Origin: Botryllus schlosseri
Lineage: Eukaryota
Direction of reading: 5' to 3'
Assembly: GCA_051294905.1 (NCBI GenBank)
Contig: CM119384.1
Span: 11,780,001-11,844,000, forward strand
Length of the DNA: 64,000 nucleotides
Positions 61,401 through 64,000 of the stretch are shown in pieces; the stretch's first letter is position 1; the number at the start of each line of letters is the position of its first letter. A program made the position numbers and the translations under genes. Under the pieces are notes generated by a model. The model made no database searches and was not told the origin of the DNA. It saw nothing but the letters and a program-made list of their open reading frames with translations.

Positions 61401-62528
61401 TGCGTATTTTAGATTAGATAGTTGACCAACCAATGTGGACAAGTTTACTAAAAGCAATTAAATTTTCAAATGCCCCTTTTTGTCAAGTTAATTGAAGTGA
61501 AATTCACATTTTCATTATACTTTGAATCAATGAAGTACACAAGCTTCAAGAGGAGCTGTTATAAAGTCAACCATCAGTAAGTATTTGTTAGATGACTCCA
61601 TATTTTTATATCGTTGCATGTGTCCCATGGACTGTCTCAGTTTGAGAACCAATGACGCAAGTTTCTTTCAGGGGCAAGCGAGCATGACTGGTAGATACCA
61701 AAGCCAAAACTCTGTTCCGGCTGGATCGCAAAGTTCAAAGCTTTCATCAAAAAGCTGGACAGTCTTCAAAGTGGGCCTTCAAAAATCGGAATGTTAAAAA
61801 TAATATCGGATCAACCAAATATGCGATGCAGTAAAGGTACATCCACAAATCACAAGTAAGATCATACTAACAATACTGTATCTAATTGAAACCTATTGGA
61901 GACTTGTAATCCGTCCTTCATTGATTTCAGGCGAGGACTGATAGTGACCGCACACTTGTTGTAACCTTACCCGGTTATTGCATCTGTAAACTTGGAAATT
62001 CACAGCTATATTTCTAGCACCAGGCGTTGCTGATTCGCCCGATACTGAACGTCTTTTACGTGACGATGACCCAAGGGCTCGATTCCTCGCTGAGACTGTT
62101 GGAATTGTGAAATTAACATGAGATTTTTATTCAAATAATGCAATATCAATCAACATACCAACATAATACAGATGTGTAGTGTCATTGTCAAAGTAGTAGT
62201 CTCCGTGATAATTCTCTGCACACGACACCATTTCCGTTTGGTTGTATTCGTCGCTATCACCAGCGATAATGAACTTATCAGGCGTTTGCGTGAGGTTGTG
62301 TGACACAATCAGGCAATCATCATCCTATATATACAAGGGATATAAAAGTAGGATGTATTTAATGAATGCTAGCGTTACTAATGTAAATAGCAAGGCACCT
62401 TGAAGTTATAGAATCCGGCTTGGTAGGAAATATTGGTGAGATGCTGAGCGTTTTCAAAGGCCCAGTCATACATTTCCCCGTCAACCATCGTTGTCATCCA
62501 TCCGAAATTATGAGTCAGGCGCTTTTGT
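43417..62528 (-). CDS. PKHD1L1: Fibrocystin-L-like gene 2 (paralogue, 5' part beyond the window end)
   Basis: Minus-strand exons colinear with gene 1 and sharing intron positions where compared: RQKRLTHNFGWMTTMVDGEMYDWAFE (about 62408-62528), GGRLIIGWEDNPFQGLANIVLRGDH, PSDCVDMECDGMKKALFVDNDGS, GLGDYRIPKTLL, QDHGWCAGYTCQERLSTFW, TM exon 45321-45444, tail exon 43544-43651 and probable last exon 43417-43448. No stops or frameshifts were seen in the exons I translated. Confidence 0.9.
43765..45201. mobile_element. Non-autonomous hAT element in the intron after the TM exon of gene 2
   Basis: TIRs cagtggttctcaacc and ggttgagaaccgct(a); both flanks share tctattg; gcggacccc subterminal repeats. The TIR type is the same as that of 7206-10101. 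Confidence 0.85.
44617..44712 (+). mobile_element. Hammerhead-motif repeat, solo copy C (5'-truncated at the core, palindrome AGTACT), nested in a hAT MITE
   Basis: a-tgacga-g-tgtcagc-c-gaaa-gtac-tc-gggttcattacaatatgaatatactattcaattgtatattgaagttctgtacc. Confidence 0.8.
45687..46151. mobile_element. hAT MITE of the gactcgagtc family
   Basis: Ends cagggtcgcaacc and gactcgagtcattacagccctg; TSD catacttc/catgcatc (6/8). It is an inverted homologue of 57108-57571. Confidence 0.8.
46642..47549. repeat. ~900-bp imperfect palindrome in an intron of gene 2
   Basis: Outer arms 46642-46958 and 47238-47549, inner arms 47055-47124 and 47162-47237, a ~37-nt loop and a ~96-nt left-only bulge. Confidence 0.88.
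47635..48141. mobile_element. Degenerate hAT-like MITE with ggagtcggag repeats
   Basis: Ends resemble cagggctgtggagtcgg and ccaactccacagccc; ggagtcggag recurs internally. Confidence 0.65.
52352..52835 (-). mobile_element. Internally deleted hAT element with a transposase C-terminal remnant
   Basis: TIRs caggggtgggca/tgcccgcccctg; TSD gcacaggg/gcatcggg (6/8). 52698-52730 on - encodes FGSTYICEQTF. Confidence 0.85.
53075..53172 (+). mobile_element. Hammerhead-motif repeat, solo copy F (diverged, palindrome AAGCTT, A13G)
   Basis: gctgacgattgccc-ctgaaga-g-tgtcagct-c-gga-aagctt-c-gggtt at about 53098-53143. Confidence 0.72.
54724..55071. mobile_element. Hammerhead-motif repeat, inverted pair D (left arm on -, right arm on +)
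   Basis: The arms are reverse complements around a ~70-bp spacer that is homologous to the spacer of pair E. Left core is CUGUCGA (mutated); right core at 55013-55019 is CUGACGA (intact). Confidence 0.82.
57108..57571. mobile_element. hAT MITE of the gactcgagtc family
   Basis: Ends cagggttgtagtgactcgac and gactcggttacaatcctg; TSD gtaatcgc/ggaatcac (6/8). Confidence 0.8.
57681..58091. mobile_element. Hammerhead-motif repeat, inverted pair E (both cores intact)
   Basis: Left arm on - at 57746-57780: accc-CUGACGA-G-ugucagc-C-GAAA-auau-UA-gggu. Right arm on + at 58006-58041: aaccc-CUGACGA-GG-gucag-CC-GAAA-auau-UC-ggguu. TTAA occurs at both outer ends. Confidence 0.85.
58006..58041 (+). ncRNA. 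Minimal type I hammerhead ribozyme, best-preserved copy, predicted cleavage after C58036
   Basis: All conserved core nucleotides are present. Stem I is aaccc/gggtt (5 bp), stem II is GG/CC, and stem III is the palindrome AATATT, which requires dimerisation. Activity is untested. Confidence 0.78.
59220..59345 (-). mobile_element. LINE/SINE 3' end, copy 3
   Basis: Same family as 95-230 and 2405-2550. On - it ends aataaaactgatac. Confidence 0.6.
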
Positions 62529-63299
62529 CTGAATTTGAGCCAGAATAGCTGTGGTAGTCAAGCATTTACTTATTTCGTTTATTGTATATAGAGTAAGAAC
62601 GAGGATTATTTTATCTAAAAAATTGCTGAAAATGATGATTTCGTATTAATTAAGAGATTATTAAATTGTTGCACATATAGGACAGGGCATGCTGCTCGTT
62701 TTCAGTTTTTTTTGTTTTAGCTTTGGAGTTTTCCGCTCACAGGCCCAAAAAATAATAATTTCAAAAAGCACGACATGTTCGGTCGCTTTAGGGGTGAATC
62801 AGAGGCGCTGAGTCCAAAAACGCCATTACTTTTGCTGGATTGGCTCTAGTTTTGGCGATATTGATTCTTACTATATATGCCAAGAAAAATGTATGCCACT
62901 GAGTAACATAGGTTATCTCTTGCTTGGGAGGTACTTAGATTAATTTATCTCATCTTCCATCCAGCACTAACATAAACATTGTAGTGCACTGATAACGAAA
63001 TATTTAGTTTTGTCCTAATGAAATTTTAGAGCTCAGCGCTTCTGATATACTCGAAGATCGTTTTTACCTAGGGTTACCATACGTCCTCCTTTAGGAGGAT
63101 TTGTCCTTCTTTTTAGAATTTTGGTTATACATAGGGCAAAATTCGACCGAGATGCTATAAACTAGCACTGAACTGACGCTCAGGCGGGACTGGCGGGTAT
63201 TTCGACAGCTGAGCGAAAGTTGCTCTTTTTTTTAGTCAACCACCTGATAAAGTGAAGGAAAAAACAGTGTTTTGGGCGCTGAGCGAGAAAGTTGACCTT

Positions 63300-64000
63300 T
63301 TTTCAAGTCACAATTCAAGACTTTTCGAAGTATGAGTGACGATTCAAAGTCATTACATTTTGCTAGCTGTGTGAAAGACAGATTAATTCATCATTTATCT
63401 TGAATCAAATAACGAATATCCAGTTAAATATACATGCAAAAAGACGATGTATCCCTCACGCACACTTAGAACTAAAATATGTGAGTAACTGTACAGCTAC
63501 ATGCTACACTACAGTCAGTTATTGTCAGCCAAAATGTAGGACCTAATACGAAGCTTTGAGAAGTTGAAACAAATTGATATTGTACAATAGCCTACACTAC
63601 CCATCTACACGTCCGTGAGAATATAAACGCACAAACTATATTTGTTCGATTTAAATCATACAAGAGGGTTGGTAAATGTGAGCACTGCGCAACGTAAGCA
63701 TTGAGCCGTTCAAAAACAGAGACACATTGCTATTTACATTAATCTTCTACTACTACTTTGACCATATAAGCTGTGATCGTTTAGTTTGCGGTCAATTTAT
63801 TTGTGATCTAACAATGGAGGATCAGTGTAACGTAGAATCAGTGAATGACTGGTTGCTCTCACAAGTGACACCGGCGTATCTCGAACAATCCGAACATACA
63901 CCGATACCGTTTACTTGATGACTTGAAATTGACTCATAAATTTTGCTCCGAGTCACGAGTCAATGCACCATTTTGAAGCTCCAAGTCAAGTCAAGTCATT
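63300..64000. mobile_element. Partial copy of the 37084-38243 hAT family, running off the window end
   Basis: 63311-63385 is homologous to 37200-37280 and 63900-64000 to 37780-37890. Confidence 0.75.

Noticed and set aside
61600-61900. Open frames in this intron as a Penelope RT remnant (KWAFK)
   Set aside because: Only a 5-residue resemblance with no RT or GIY-YIG motifs; insufficient without a profile search.
193-63918. Most short ORFs in the six-frame track as independent genes
   Set aside because: They are exon-plus-intron read-throughs, alternative frames or antisense shadows of the two fibrocystin-L genes, or fall in repeats.

Overview
AT-rich eukaryotic genomic DNA, probably from a marine invertebrate (many 55-65 nt GT-AG introns; taxon is inference only). 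It holds two multi-exon fibrocystin-L (PKHD1L1-like) paralogues arranged tail-to-tail. Gene 1 is on + from <687 to about 40207 and runs TIG/IPT repeats, G8, beta-helix, G8, furin site, TM and tail. Gene 2 is on - from >62528 to about 43417 and continues beyond the window. The introns are full of mobile DNA: an apparently intact SPIN/Buster-type hAT transposon (7206-10101), many hAT MITEs with 8-bp TSDs, TTAA-flanked Kolobok-like MITEs, tRNA-derived SINEs, LINE 3' tails and long palindromes. The most notable signal is a dispersed ~190-bp repeat with 8 arms at 6 loci. It carries a minimal type I hammerhead ribozyme motif (CUGANGA-G..C-GAAA-palindrome-UH) whose stem-III palindrome covaries (AATATT, AGTACT, AAGCTT). 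Two loci are head-to-head inverted pairs with one motif per strand, and all four solo copies lie antisense to their host pre-mRNA. Exon boundaries were read by eye and not every exon was mapped.
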